From Octopus vulgaris (Eukaryota), in NCBI GenBank assembly GCA_951406725.2, contig OX597819.1, forward strand, positions 93,268,001 through 93,330,000: a stretch of 62,000 nucleotides of DNA, read 5' to 3'. Both the position numbers and the translations under genes were made by a program. The notes beneath the pieces were generated by a model. That model was not told where the DNA came from and ran no database searches. It worked only from the letters and a program-made list of their open reading frames with translations. Positions 12,319 to 25,701 of the stretch are shown here, in pieces. Each line of letters begins with the position of its first letter. Within the stretch, counting starts at the first letter, position 1.

Positions 12319-13012
12319 TGTGTGTGTGTGTGTGTGTGCAATGTAATTAATTTACAACGTTTTATGTTTTTCCCTTGTTTGTGGAATGACCGAAACACTT
12401 AAACAATCAGAGAAATTACAGAAAGTTTTCGCACCTCGCCAGAGAGGAAACAACGCCTGTCGCTCTTGACAGAATCTCTGAGAGTGGTAGAATAAACTAT
12501 TCTTTGTCCAAACACTTTCTGTCTTGTGTGCTTCACTAATGTCACCCCGGTGTCAGTGTCATTCAGGAAAACATAATGTCAGTAATACAGCTGTCGGAAT
12601 TTACAGACTAAGAGGAAAGTTTGACATATTAATACAAATAAGGATTATACTATGAAATATCGTGAGTTATGAAATCAACTGAGATTATCCATGAAACTAC
12701 CTGACAATTCCCCTTACTTTTGTGCATAATGAATACTCTTAAACTTACCGACTTCAGTAAAAATTTTTTCATCCAGCTGAAAGTTGAAAATCAAACCCAC
12801 TCCAACATTTATTATGAGCACTGTCGATATATATTTTGAGTGACTGACCTTGATTATTGTATTCGATTTTTAGGCTGGCAACAGGAAGTTTTTGTCAAAT
12901 AAATAGTTGGATAATATCAGTTACTTGAACGTTTTTAACACACTGCATTGCATGTTAGACCTTATAGTATATATGCATACATACATAAGAATAGTATATA
13001 TATAGCAAAATG

Positions 13013-13059
<47 letters not shown>

Positions 13060-13189
13060 ATGTATGTATGTATGTATGTATGTATGTATGTATGTATGTA
13101 TGTATGTATGTATGTATATATATGTATGTATGTATATATGTATGTATGTATATATAGTTAATCCAAACACAAAGAGAAAACACAACAAC

Positions 13190-13344
13190 GTGAGGACGTG
13201 AAACAAGTATAGTGTTAGTGGACGCTCAGGAAAGGAAAGAAAGAAGGACGATTTAACGTTTCGAGCGGAGCTCTTCGTCAGAGAAAGGAAATTTCCAAGG
13301 AAGGGAAGACGGAGGAAAAAAATCGCCAACGATACACACGCGGT

Positions 13345-13345
<1 letters not shown>
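13190..13345 (-). mobile_element. Solo PLE pseudo-LTR fragment between (TA)n tracts
   Basis: Contains the hammerhead core at 13255-13281 followed by a pyrimidine-rich tail. Confidence 0.6.
13255..13281 (-). ncRNA. Minimal hammerhead core (canonical CUGACGA)
   Basis: Minus strand: CTGACGA-A-GAGC-TCC-GCTC-GAA-ACGT-T. Stem I is weak in this copy. Confidence 0.65.
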
Positions 13346-13412
<67 letters not shown>

Positions 13413-13951
13413 TATATTGTATAGTAATTGAAAAGTTAGGCTTTTAGAGAAATGAAAATGTCCAGCCAATACTCACTTTGGAAATATAATCTGTATGTGG
13501 TACAGTAAAAATATGCAAGAATTTTCTAAAAGTCAATACGTAACACATCGTTTTTGTTATCCAGGAATAAAGCTTTGTTTCTTTGTTTGGAACCAGTTCT
13601 TTCCTTATAGGAAAAAAATCGAAATAATTGAAGAAGAAAAGTAACAAGCATGCATACATGCATGTATGCATGAAAACAAACATACATACACATACATAAA
13701 TGAATACTCGCAGATTTGCTGTGCACTAACATAGGATGCCATCTGAAAGAGAATAAATTCCAAAATGTTGCAAAATCCATTCGACTTGACAGCTTTGCAA
13801 TACATATGTAAATGCATTTCATGTGTATGTGAACTTAGGTTTCTATATGTTGAAGACTACTTATGTAATATACATGTACATATGTGTGCACATACGAGCA
13901 CTGATGCATGTGTATTTTCTGCATATATGTTTAAGATATATGTATACGTAT

Positions 13952-13985
<34 letters not shown>

Positions 13986-14242
13986 ATATACACGCACACA
14001 CATATATATATATATACACTCGCACACATATATATATGTATGTGTGTATGTATATAAATTCACACAAATATACATATATTTTTAATATACACATATATAT
14101 GTATACACGCATTCACGTATATATATGCATATATGCATACGTATGCACGTATATACATATACATACATATCTTACACATACGCACATATTTATATATATA
14201 GATACATGTATATTTATATACATATATATATTTGTGTGTGTA

Positions 14243-14274
<32 letters not shown>

Positions 14275-15160
14275 AACATATGTATATATATACATATATA
14301 TATATACGTATACATATATATATATATACTATGTGTGTGTGTATATATGTATTTATGTATGTATTTATGTGTGTATGCATGTATGAGTGGCGTTTCAATA
14401 ACGAATACTATGAATCTAATGCGTGGCTCAGACATAAAAACCTGAACGAAAATACTAAACCTGGTTTTAATACAAATCTTTCATTTTAAGAGACACAGCT
14501 GGAAAGTGGGTACACACTGCTCTATGTACCCGACTTCAATTAAAATGGGTTTGATTTTGAAATTTCCAAGATCAAGATTAAATCCCTAGAATCGGTCCTG
14601 ATTCTTACACTCATACGCACATGTAAGCACGTGCACGTGCACACACTCAGGCATGTACATACTTATATAAATATATATTTGTCTATCTATACATGTTAAT
14701 CATGAGTGTGTGCCAGCGCGCACGCGTTTATAATATCAGCATCGTTTTTTATGTTTTTATGATCTTCATATTTATTGCAGTGTGTTTATACCGGCCATTA
14801 GTTTTGTAATACACTTAGTGTATATGTGTGTGTGTATGTGTATGTATGTATGTATGTATGTATATATGTATGTATGTATGTATGTATGTACACTGCTATT
14901 TAGATGGAACAAATATATATATATGGATGCGTGGTGTTACGCTGAATAAGTTTCAAAAATTAAACAGATGCACGATACAGGAACGAACGGAATAGACACA
15001 CGTCGGTTATCGTTAAAAATTCCTTACAATTTTACGCCTTTAACGATTATATTATTCAATTTTGGTTGCGTCAGCAGTTTTAAAAAGCTGCAGGGAATAG
15101 TGACGCAACGTTGAGGCCAGTGACGAAAACAAACAACATATACATATATATATATGTATC

Positions 15161-15202
<42 letters not shown>

Positions 15203-15262
15203 AAGAGAGGGAGAGAATGGAGAGGCAGATAAATAGACAGACAGATAGAGAGACAGATAGAC

Positions 15263-15358
<96 letters not shown>

Positions 15359-15427
15359 GTGTGAGTGTGTGTGTGTGTACGTGCGTGTGACCTGGTGTGA
15401 CTGACGATTTAATTTTTCCCTTATGCC

Positions 15428-15525
15428 ACTACGTGGAACCTTGGCAAGTGTATTCTACTAGACCCTCGGGCCGAGCAAAGCCTTGTGCGATAATTTGGTG
15501 AACGGAAACTAAAAGAAGCCCGTCG

Positions 15526-15530
<5 letters not shown>
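15428..15530 (+). mobile_element. SINE family A 5' fragment
   Basis: ACCTTGGCAAGTGTATTCTACTA...GAAACTAAAAGAAGCCCGTCGTA, same orientation as 11900-12000. Confidence 0.75.
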
Positions 15531-15619
<89 letters not shown>

Positions 15620-15621
<2 letters not shown>

Positions 15622-15661
15622 CCCTTTCTGTAGAAGAGTGTAGGCTCGAAACGTAAAAGAC
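15620..15661 (+). ncRNA. Minimal type I hammerhead, U6 variant (CUGUAGA)
   Basis: GTC(CC)TTT-CTGTAGA-A-GAGT-GTAG-GCTC-GAA-ACGT-A-AAAGAC; predicted cleavage after 15655. Confidence 0.65.
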
Positions 15662-16024
15662 TTTTTCTATTCCTGAGCTTTATACTGATACATCTGTTTG
15701 TTTTGTACACCACCTGTCTTTGTCTTTTGTTTTTTGCGTAAACTCTCCCTATATATATCACTCGCTCACGTGGTCACACATGTTGATCCTGTCATTTCTT
15801 ACCATTACGAACTTCTCCACTGGACTCTTTATCTACTCTTTATCTACCCTTTACGGATTCTCGTTTAGATATTTACCCTCCGGTTGCACCTCTCCTACCT
15901 ACGGATCATGGTGGAATCTACTCTTGATGAGAAATCCTTGCAATACACCGCGACGTAAAAAAAACCTTTGAACTTTACGTAAAACTGTTATTATTGTCAT
16001 TACTTTATTTTTATATTTACTTTT

Positions 16025-16066
16025 GTCCCTTTCTGTAGAAGAGCGTAGGCTCGAAACCTAAAAGAC
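16025..16066 (+). ncRNA. Minimal type I hammerhead, U6 variant, stem III mutated
   Basis: GTC(CC)TTT-CTGTAGA-A-GAGC-GTAG-GCTC-GAA-ACCT-A-AAAGAC; predicted site after 16060. Confidence 0.55.
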
Positions 16067-16150
16067 TTTCTCTATTCCTGAACGTTATACTAATACATCT
16101 GTGTTGTGTACACCACCTGACTTCGTCTTCTGTTTCTTTCGTAAACTCTC

Positions 16151-16217
<67 letters not shown>

Positions 16218-16224
16218 ATAAGTA

Positions 16225-16440
16225 TGTATTTGGGTGTCTGTGTTTGTTTCTCCACCATCGCTTGACAACCAATGTTGGTGTATTTACGTCCCCGTAACTT
16301 AGCGTTTCGGCGAAAAAGACCGATAGAATAATTATTTGGCTTACAAACAATAATTCCTGGGGCCGATTCAATCGATAAAATGGGAGTGCTCCAATATAGT
16401 TGCAGTCAAATGACTGAAACGAGTAAAAGAATAAAAGAAT
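16225..16440 (+). mobile_element. SINE family A 3' half
   Basis: CCACCATCGCTTGACAACC...CAGTCAAATGACTGAAACGAGTAAAAGA. Confidence 0.8.
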
Positions 16441-17279
16441 ACACACACATACACACACATATATTCGCATATACATAAGTGCATATAAACATGTTAATCA
16501 AGTATTTTTGTTAATATTTTTATTCGGATAATAATAATCATATGCATTCATAAGTAATTTGCTTGGTTCTATGTGCGAGACTAAGTATGTATGTGTCTGC
16601 AACGGATACTTTTTCTGTGCCGTGATCTTCAGCACAAAATTTTGTGTGAGCAAAGTTCAACAACTCGTTTTAGTATTCACTATTATCTGCTTTACTGATA
16701 CCACTTAATATCAGTATGAATATCATATAATCTTAACACAATTCTGCAGAAATCCATGTCCTCGTGTCATTATAAAATGAATCTATTGGATAATCCCTTT
16801 GTGGAATACCTCCCTATTCTAGATATTTTTTTAAAATATATACTAGAATAAATTGACGTGTGTTCTTTGTATTAATGTTGAATACGGTGATGGGGATCTC
16901 TCAGTGAAACCAGATTACAAATCCGTTTCAATCCTCAGAGAAGATTATTCTCGTGATTTGTAATACTTCTAGAAAGACTTTTCATCTGCTAGAAACACCA
17001 GTAATTTTTCTTTCAAATCCCATTTTGTCATCTTAAAAAAAAATGTTAGAACGCATTGTATAATAACGTTTCTAAGAGAGTCCTGTAAATAACTCGATGT
17101 TTAATGTTGGAATGTCTCAGGTCATAGATCAGTTGGACTAACGTAGACTTAGAGCTAAACAGCCACAACAGTAAGAAAGAACATCCATGTCACGTGATAG
17201 TCTAAATCAGAGGTTTCTAAGATTTCTGTAATCTTGTCCTCATTATTTCCTTCTGATGAACACACACGAAGCCCTTTAT

Positions 17280-17665
17280 CTTTTTACCTTTTATCTTTTA
17301 CTTGCTTCAGTCATTGGGCTGCAACCATACTGGTGCACCACCTTGGAGGAGTTTAGTCGAACAAATCGACCTCAGTACTGTTTTTAATATTTTTAAGCCT
17401 AGTACCTAATCTCTCGGTCTTTTTACTGAAAAGCTTAGTTACGGGGCGAAAAATCCTAAAACATTTCTCAACTGATGACAGAGGAGAAACATAATACCAA
17501 AGATACACATATAGGTATATACATAAATGCACACACATGGATATATATGTATATATACACGCAACAGGCTTCTTTCAGTTTCCGTCGACCAAATCCAGTC
17601 ACAAGGCTTTGGTCGGCCTGAGGTTTTAATAGAAGACATTTTCGCAAGACCGCATCGCTGGAAAG
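17280..17665 (-). mobile_element. SINE family A, diverged
   Basis: Reverse complement of the family A tail (17280-17470) and head/CORE part (17560-17665). Confidence 0.7.
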
Positions 17666-18351
17666 CAAGCTTTTGGGGGGTTTTTTCGTCTTTTCTTAGT
17701 TGTATTAAGCTGAATTTTCGTAGCATCCGTGACTTCTGTCGATGATGCTCGGAATGGAAGTTCATAGACTACGTTTTTCTGATTATAAAAGTAATATTAT
17801 TTTTTCTCAATATATAGTCTGATTGCAGTAAATTTTAGCCACAAATTATTCTCTTACAGCGTAGAGCACAACTTGTAAATGCATTCATCGCTCTTTAATG
17901 ATTAAAAAATATATATAGCAGCTTTCATAGAATCCATTTCAATAGATCTGTTCGGTATAGTGTGATTACAATCCCAGACACCATTCTTTTCATAAGAAAA
18001 CTAATTTTTACACTATTCACTTAAACAACAAATAAATTACCTCTCTCAAACTTGACAGAACAAGTTTATCAAATTACATTGCGAGTTTGTCTCAAATGAT
18101 GTTATCCTATTGACCCAACAAAACCCACAGCTGGCTGAGTGCTGAACAACCAACATAAAATCAATGGGAACATGACTTTGTCCTAAACAAGTAAACTCAG
18201 TTGCTAATAGTTCAAAATACGCTGCGTAAAATAATATAATGGAGTGTGTACTACTACGTTGTAAGCAATGGAAAAGTTTAATCTATATTTTATGAACTTA
18301 CAGTAATGTTATAGTATTTAACCTGTGGATAAATATTAGTTTCATATCCGG

Positions 18352-18515
18352 CACAAAGCCAGCAGTTTCGAGAAGGAGTAAGTAGATTACATCGTTCCCA
18401 GTACTCCACTAGGACTTATTTCATGGACCCCGTAAGGCAAAGTCGACCTCGGTGAAATTTGAACTTAGAACCTAAAGATGGACGAAATGCTAACGATTCT
18501 GCCAGCTCACCGCTT
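18352..18515 (-). mobile_element. SINE family B
   Basis: GGCAAAGTCGACCTCGGTGAAATTTGAAC...CTGCCAGCTCACCGC. Confidence 0.75.
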
Positions 18516-18759
18516 TCCAGTGGAAAAATATTAAAACTAACGCTGATTAATTAGGAAAGTAATAAAGAAAGCAAGCGATACATTACTAAATCGCCTTTGC
18601 ACTGTGATCAATGAAATCTGAAACGGTGACTTGCATATTTATTCTCAATAAGTTCCGATAGATTCGAACGTAAATAGGCTTATCGCTGTTAGGTAACAGA
18701 AGAACAGCTTCTCCTTTTTCTGACGACAATGTTTTCATAGCACCACTCGGCTTAAGGGA

Positions 18760-18803
18760 CTTTGGGACACTAGTGTTTCGACATGTAGTGTCTTGTTAGT
18801 CAG
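18760..18803 (-). ncRNA. Degenerate minimal hammerhead
   Basis: Minus strand: CTAACAA-GACA-CTACA-TGTC-GAA-ACACTAGTGT-C. Stem II is perfect, stem III is a perfect 10-nt palindrome and the site is GUC. The core has two G-to-A changes from CTGACGA and stem I is poor. Confidence 0.45.
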
Positions 18804-20328
18804 AAAATATAAACAAGAGTCATTGGCTTTATTTAATTTTTTTTTTTTGTTTTGACTCAAAGGTTTGGGTATTTCTGACTGGCGAGACATATGTCAAAAC
18901 GTTGATTTCCCAATTTCCCTTGCACTAATGAGTCGAGTGTGTTATGAAGATCTTATTGTAAAAACAATAAGCTGTTCTCATGTGACGAACACAATAGCGA
19001 TTAGCATATTTATTTCGAATCTACCAGAGCGTATTGAGAATAAAATTATGCATCTTTATTCACACTGCCATTATGCTTCTGTGCTGAAGTGTGCGATTGC
19101 AGAATGTTACTGTTGTCGTTATAATAGAATTTCTAGAATTTATTTATCTAAAGATGATTATCTCCGCAAAGTACATTTATTTCATTTTCTAGTGCTACAC
19201 TTCTCTGACACTGGATCTGAAGTGGAAAATTTCAAATGCATACGTCTAGTTTCTCAGTCACATGATTTACTGTCGTATATCTATATTCAAATATGCTAAC
19301 GTACAGTTACCCACTTGTCTGTGCGTCTTTCTTTTTCTTTCATGAACTTTTCCTATTTTCATTTAGTAGTGGCAAGTTGAAAAGACAGAAGTGACTTTGC
19401 TGTATTTTTTTTTTATTGTATATTAACAATTCTAAGTTTGCAGTACTTTTAGCGACCTATTTCGATATTAATCACTACTTTCTAAGTAGTCTGTTTTATT
19501 TGACTTTCATTTGCTAATATAGTAGAGACATATTTATTATCTTAATGTATGATAATATTTTATTTTGCAATTAAATTTTCTTCGCAAAACCGACCGAAAC
19601 ATCTATAGTCAATATCGTTTCTGTTTTTTTTTTTCTTTTCTTTTTAAACTATTTACCCAAGGAGCCAACATTCAAATTTAAAGTATTAAAGTTCTGTTTA
19701 CACACCAACCATCCGATGTTATATTTCTATAAAATTGGGTCTAGTTTCTGTAATAAATCAATATTGTATTGAAACGTGCTGAGTTTATCTGATAAGAAAT
19801 ACCGAAAGTCGTTACTCTAAACATGCTGTTGGGAGATTTAAAACTTCCTTCGAATTGTCTAAAACAAACAAAACATTACGTCCAAACAAAAAATCAATAG
19901 AATACACAAATTCTTTTCGAAGTAGCGTTTTTCTCATAATGATCTCTTCGTAATCAAGATCTTGATAGCAACAAACAAATTACAAAAACTGTAGTCTTTG
20001 TAACCCGCTGTGAAATAAAATTAAAATCGGTCAATATCATATCAGTAATAAACAAATCTAAACAAAAAGACATAAGCAGTTTATATTGGTCACATGATAT
20101 TTTCTATTTAAGGCAGAAACAGAAGTGTGTGTATAAAATGTCTAGTAGTATTTATTTACTTATGTCGATTTTGCTTAACTGAGATCAAATCCCAACAATT
20201 TTCAGTTGGTGAATTAAGTAAAACACTGAGATCAAATCAATCTATTAAATCGACTTTTCTCTCCGATTAAAGTGCCTTTTGCTTTGTGTCTGTGTAAGAA
20301 ATCCTCATTATTATCATTATTACTGTTA

Positions 20329-21590
20329 AAGGCGGCGAGCTGGCAGAAACGTTAGCACACCGGGCGAAATGCTTAGCGGTATTTCGTCTGCCGTTACGTT
20401 CTGAGTTCAAATTCCGCCGAGGTCGACTTTGCTTTTCATCCTTTCGGGGTCGATTAAATAAGTACCAGTTATGCACTGGGATCGATGTAATCAACTTAAT
20501 CCGTTTGTCTGTCTTTGTTTGTCCTCTCTGTGTTTAGCCCCTTGTGGGTAGTAAAGAAATAGGTATTTCGTCTGCCGCTACGTTCTGTGTTCAAATTCCA
20601 CCAAGGTCGACTTTGCCTTTCATCCTTTCGGGGTCGATAAATTAAGTACCAGTTACGCACTGTGGTTGATGTAATCGACTTAATCCGTTTGTCTGTCCTT
20701 GTTTGTCCTCTCTGTGTATAGCCTCTTGTGGACAGTAAAGAAATAGGTATTTCGTTTGCCGCTGCGTTGTGTTCAAATTCCGCCGAGGTTGACTATACCT
20801 TTCATCCTTTCGGTACTTATTAAATAAGTACCAGGATACGCACTGGGGTCGATGCCATCGAATTAACCCGGCCTCGAAAATTTCGGGCCTTGTGCCTATA
20901 ATAGAAAGGATTATTACTGTTAAAACGGCGATCTGGCAGAATCGTTAGCACGCCACGGCGGAATACTCAGCGGTATTTCGTCCATCGCCACGTTCTGAGT
21001 TCAAACACCGCGGAGTTGACTTTGCTTTTCAATCTTTCAGGTCGATTAAATAAGTAACAATTGAGTACTGGGGTCGATCTAATCGACTTTCCCTCTCCCC
21101 CAAAATTTCGGACCTTGTGCTTATAGAAGAAAAGAATTGAGTACTGGGGTTGTTGTAATCAACTAGCCCCACGCTTACAAACTTTCAGGCTTTGTGCCTA
21201 TAGCAGAAACGATTTTTATCATTATTATTATTAAAGCGGCGAGCTGGCGCACTGGAAAAAAAATACTTAGCGGCATTTCGTCCGTCTTTACGTTCTGAGT
21301 TCAAATTCCACCGAGGTCGATTTTGCCCTTCATCTTTTCAGGGTCAATTAAGTAAGTACCAGTTGATCACTGGGGTTGATGCAACCGACTATCCTCCTCC
21401 CACAAAACTTCATCCCTTGTGCCAATAGTAGAAAGGATCATTATTATTATTTTTTTATGAAAGCCTGTGAGCTGGTAGAATCTTTATCAGGGCGGGCGAA
21501 ATGCTTGACGGTATTTCGTCTGCCGTCACGTTCTGAGTTCAAATTCCGCCGAGGTCGACTTTGCCTTTCATCCTTTTGGGGTCGATAATG
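20329..21590 (+). mobile_element. Head-to-tail array of about seven SINE family B units
   Basis: Central domain repeats near 20420, 20610, 20790, 21020, 21320 and 21555, plus a tail-only piece at ~21137-21230. Confidence 0.9.
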
Positions 21591-21869
21591 TTAGTAGAAA
21601 TGAATTTCTGAAGTTGATTAGCCGACTAATTGCTCAAAAAGTAATCACGCAAACCCGTATGCCTTGCATGATATGTAAATAAAATACTAAATCAAAAAAG
21701 TTATAAATACCAATATTACGTGGATTATTCTGGGCGAAGTCTTAAGAAGGATCCCTCTTATTGGATTGGCATATATGACTAAGGATTCCACTATCAAAAT
21801 TCTTCATCTTTTACCAATGTTATAATCCAACATTATGAGATGATAATAATGAAATAATTTTAAGTGAGC

Positions 21870-22400
21870 CTAATGTGAGTTCGGATAGTCTTTCCCTGAG
21901 AGCTTTATTTGTTACCTGACAGCTAGAAGCACATTGGGAACATGATTAGTCATGGCGGTGCTCAGCAAAATCATGAAAAAGAGAGGTATTATCCATAATT
22001 TCTAGGTGAATACCTATGCTAAATGCATGGTTAAAGATTTGGAGCGATTGGCACCTTTCTCTCAGTAGTAACCTCAGCATCGCACAGAAATTTGTGATTA
22101 GCGACAAGTCTGTTCGAGACAACCTTTACTTCATATGATTGGTTTTTGAAGGAAATGGTTGTATATGGCTTCGGAAGGGTCCCGGTCAATGAAACTGGCT
22201 TCGAACAGCGATATCTATTTGGTGACCAAGGTAAACGAACATCTAAGGGGTCTGTTTTAAACCACACATTCAGTCTCACAAGAGTTTCCTTCTATTTGAT
22301 CTTGCATGTATTTTCTTTTCGGCCACTGCTGCATAGGTTAACTATGGCGAGGGACATTCCGACAATATACCGTAAGTTACTTGACTACATCCCATAAATT
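21870..22400 (+). pseudogene. Degenerate L1/Tx1-like reverse transcriptase remnant
   Basis: Broken frames give fragments such as DKSVRDNL, FSLTRV and LILHVFSFRPLLHRL, which resemble PLLYVLALEPLLRRL. Many stops. Confidence 0.45.
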
Positions 22401-23504
22401 TCTTAGTTCAGTTTTCGAGCAGTCCCTTTTTGCCTTCCAGGATCGTGAGTATAAGTATTGGATCAGTGTAATAGACTATACTCTAATATGCAGTGCTCCA
22501 GCATAGCCACAGTCTAGTTACTAATGCCAGTAAATTTCTCGCTTCTCCCTCACTCTGTAGTCTTCCACCCAGTTCTGTATTCTCGTCTTGTGATGTCAGA
22601 ATCTATTACACTTCTAGCAAAGAAAGAAATTGTTATTACTACCATTTCGTTACTATTGTTATTATTTTTATCCTTATTATTTTCAATATCTTTAATCTTT
22701 GTTTATTACTCATAAAATATAGAGAGTCTCATTTATATCTGAAATATCATCAATACATGTGTAATTATTTTGTAGAAAACCAAAAAAGAAATCAATTTCA
22801 AAATATACGATGTGAAACATGATAAAGACAACAAAAGAGAAGTAGAAAGTACAAGTTTCTTTATTAAACAAACAATACCAGAGCAATGAAATGCGCAATT
22901 TATATGATACAATTAACCTGAAACGCATACTATAAAAACACATAAATCATTGTTTTAAAACAAATTTCACAAATTCTGGACACGTTGCAGAACATAACAG
23001 CATACTTGAAATTCTGCCAGTCCACAAGATATTTAAATGGGCAATATAAAAAAATGCATGCTCTATATTGTCTGAGTTTCAATAAATTAAGCCTTTGTAT
23101 TCGTCAAAGCACACTAAAATTCCGGATAAACGACTTTGGGAATTCTATTTCCATATATTTATTGCTGAAAATAAACAGTATGGTTCTAGATAAGGATTAA
23201 CAGTAGCAATTTTTTCAACGAAATGTATAAAAAACATACAATCATTTCTTCATATTAGAGCAAGACTATGAATTTGTTATTTATAGTAAATTTCGTGGAC
23301 CTCAGTATGACCGCCACAGAATCAACGGTAAAGATCATCCTGGAAGGGTTTAAAGACACAATATGGCACTACATACCACAGTGTATATTCACCGATGATC
23401 TATCTATTCAACAGCCCAACTCCTTTCGTTCAGATACTGATCACCGCTGGATCCGTAAGTGCCTGTGAGCAATTTCAGTGTGTCAAAGTGGATAATAATC
23501 TTGT

Positions 23505-23702
23505 CTACTATAGGCACAAGGCCTGGAATTTTGGGGAGGGGTTAAGTCGATTAAATCGACCCTAGAGTTTCACTGGTACTTAATTTATCGACTCCGAAGG
23601 GTAAAAGGCAAAGTCGACCTCGGCAGAATTTGAGCCACGTGCCAAATACCGCTAATCATTTTGCCCTGCGCGGGAATGATTCTGCCAGCTTGCCGCCTTT
23701 CG
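23505..23702 (-). mobile_element. SINE family B
   Basis: AAAAGGCAAAGTCGACCTCGGCAGAATTTGA...CTGCCAGCTTGCCGCC. Confidence 0.8.
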
Positions 23703-23939
23703 AAGCGGATAACAATGTTCACATCACTGTTGTGATTCGCGCATAGTTCTAAGTAGCATACAACGATGATTTTCGAGAGTGGCCGATCTGTCATATACTC
23801 CACAAAAATTTACTCTGTCTCATTAACCTAAATGTTCGAGGAGGTTAAGTTGTCCTTCGTAGCTTCGTTTGCTAAGAACTATAAAAATCATGGCGGCTGA
23901 TATGGGTCCACTTTGAATGTTCTTCTAGCCTTTCCTTTA

Positions 23940-24620
23940 GGTACATTTTGCCTTCTTTCTGCGAGTGTATTTTCCTCTCTTTTCGCTGTTCTATGCATTT
24001 GCCACTTCTGATTATTGTTCAAAACTACACTTTGTCAGATAATCGGTTAGGCCCCAACTTTATGATCGGCAGTTTCTTTATCTTTATGACGGTTGATGAG
24101 AAAAGTTTTCAAGCTCTCCTCAGAGATAAGATAGCAACCCCTGCCCCTGCTGTTGTTGCTGTTGAATCTAATGTTTCCTTTTTCGCTGCTTCTCGAGTTC
24201 TTCCGACGAAAAAATAAACATTAAATGGCCTATACTGTCACATGTATTACAGTCAGATTTTAGGACCTGCCATATGTGTCGCAGTTAGGTTTTAAGACCT
24301 GCCACATGTGTAACAGCTTGGTATATGGATCTGCACTACCTGTCGCATAGCATTTCCCCCACACTCCCAGAGGTGCACTGATCCGGTATGATTTAGTTAC
24401 TTTAGGGAGTCATTTGGACTTATTTCTAGATTAAGGTCCCACCTATTACAGTATTTCTGAAGGTGAAGGCATTTGATCCATCAACTTAATTTACTTCTTC
24501 ACACAATCCTCAGTTTCAAAACCAATCGTATGACCCTGTAAACCCCATTTTGACTGCTACGAGAGGGTGAGAGAGAGAGGGCGATTGATCCATAACGGCA
24601 AGAGTTGCTTCTAACTTCTT
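23940..24620 (-). pseudogene. Degenerate gag-like (ORF1) remnant with a CCHC-knuckle-like segment and a ~31-bp triple repeat
   Basis: Minus strand encodes SCYTCGR / NCDTYGR / DCNTCDSIGHL in tandem units at ~24225-24325. Otherwise heavily broken. Confidence 0.35.
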
Positions 24621-24902
24621 TTAAGAGGAAAAGGGGAACCTGTTCAGAACTTGGTTATGCAAAGATTATTGGCTCTCCTTCCTTCTTGTCATGGATGAAG
24701 TGCAATAGTAAAGGTGTTACTTTCTGGTAAATAATCGTTTATATCTGACAGGGTTAGTGAACGATAAACTGATATTTTCACTGTTTTCGTAAAGTTTGTT
24801 AGCGTGTGCAGGGTGCATCGAGTTGTTAGCTTTAGGTCTTTTCGAATTACTGTCAGTGCATTCTGTCAGGATGTTAATGTCCTGGTGTTTAATAAACTTT
24901 GT

Positions 24903-25044
<142 letters not shown>

Positions 25045-25288
25045 ATTGCATTTACTTTACCCCTTTGATGAGCGATGGTGTTTTGCTGTGGAGCTACCTT
25101 ATGTTGAATGCAAACGCAAAAGAGTATATTTTTGAAATGTCAAAAATTACAACCGTTATTTCTCCCACAGTGTGGGAGAGACATCCAAAGGTTTCCGAAA
25201 GGGTTCCCTGAAGACAATATTCAAGAAGACGTGTATTTTGTTTGGAAATTATTCAAATGTTCACGAAGCAACTAGACAGTAAAAAGAA

Positions 25289-25380
<92 letters not shown>

Positions 25381-25440
25381 GTAATAATAATAATAATAAT
25401 AATAGTAATAATAATAATGATAATAATAATAATAATAATA

Positions 25441-25575
25441 TGCACACATCCTACGCAGAACACTTTCAATACAGTAACCATCAGAGCATCACAACAAATC
25501 ACAGCACATACCCAAGGCACACAGAGCTGCGCTCGGTAGTGAAGTGAAAGCACGTTATAAAAAAAATCTATTGAA
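25441..25575 (+). mobile_element. Extreme 3' end of an R4/Dong-type (REL endonuclease) LINE inside (AAT)n
   Basis: Encodes AHILRRTLSIQ* (25442-25477), then a ~95-nt UTR and (AAT)n. (AAT)n also lies upstream. Confidence 0.65.
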
Positions 25576-25577
25576 TG

Positions 25578-25658
<81 letters not shown>

Positions 25659-25661
25659 GTA

Positions 25662-25701
<40 letters not shown>

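Larger units (their letters stand above)
15619..16155 (+). mobile_element. Non-coding unit bounded by ~135-bp direct repeats, each with a hammerhead (mini-PLE or retrozyme-like)
   Basis: 15619-15752 and 16024-16155 are about 88-90% identical by eye, with a ~270-bp spacer. (TA)n lies on both outer sides. Confidence 0.8.

Noticed and set aside
16600-17100. Possible ancient RT remnant (minus-strand GGIPQRD)
   Set aside because: A single weak motif with no collinear support.
18865-19299. 144-aa non-repetitive ORF
   Set aside because: TTG start, no recognisable motif and no convincing splice context; compatible with chance or decayed repeat sequence.
20329-21590. CRISPR-like array
   Set aside because: The units are ~185-230-bp SINE copies without unique spacers, in eukaryotic DNA with no cas genes.
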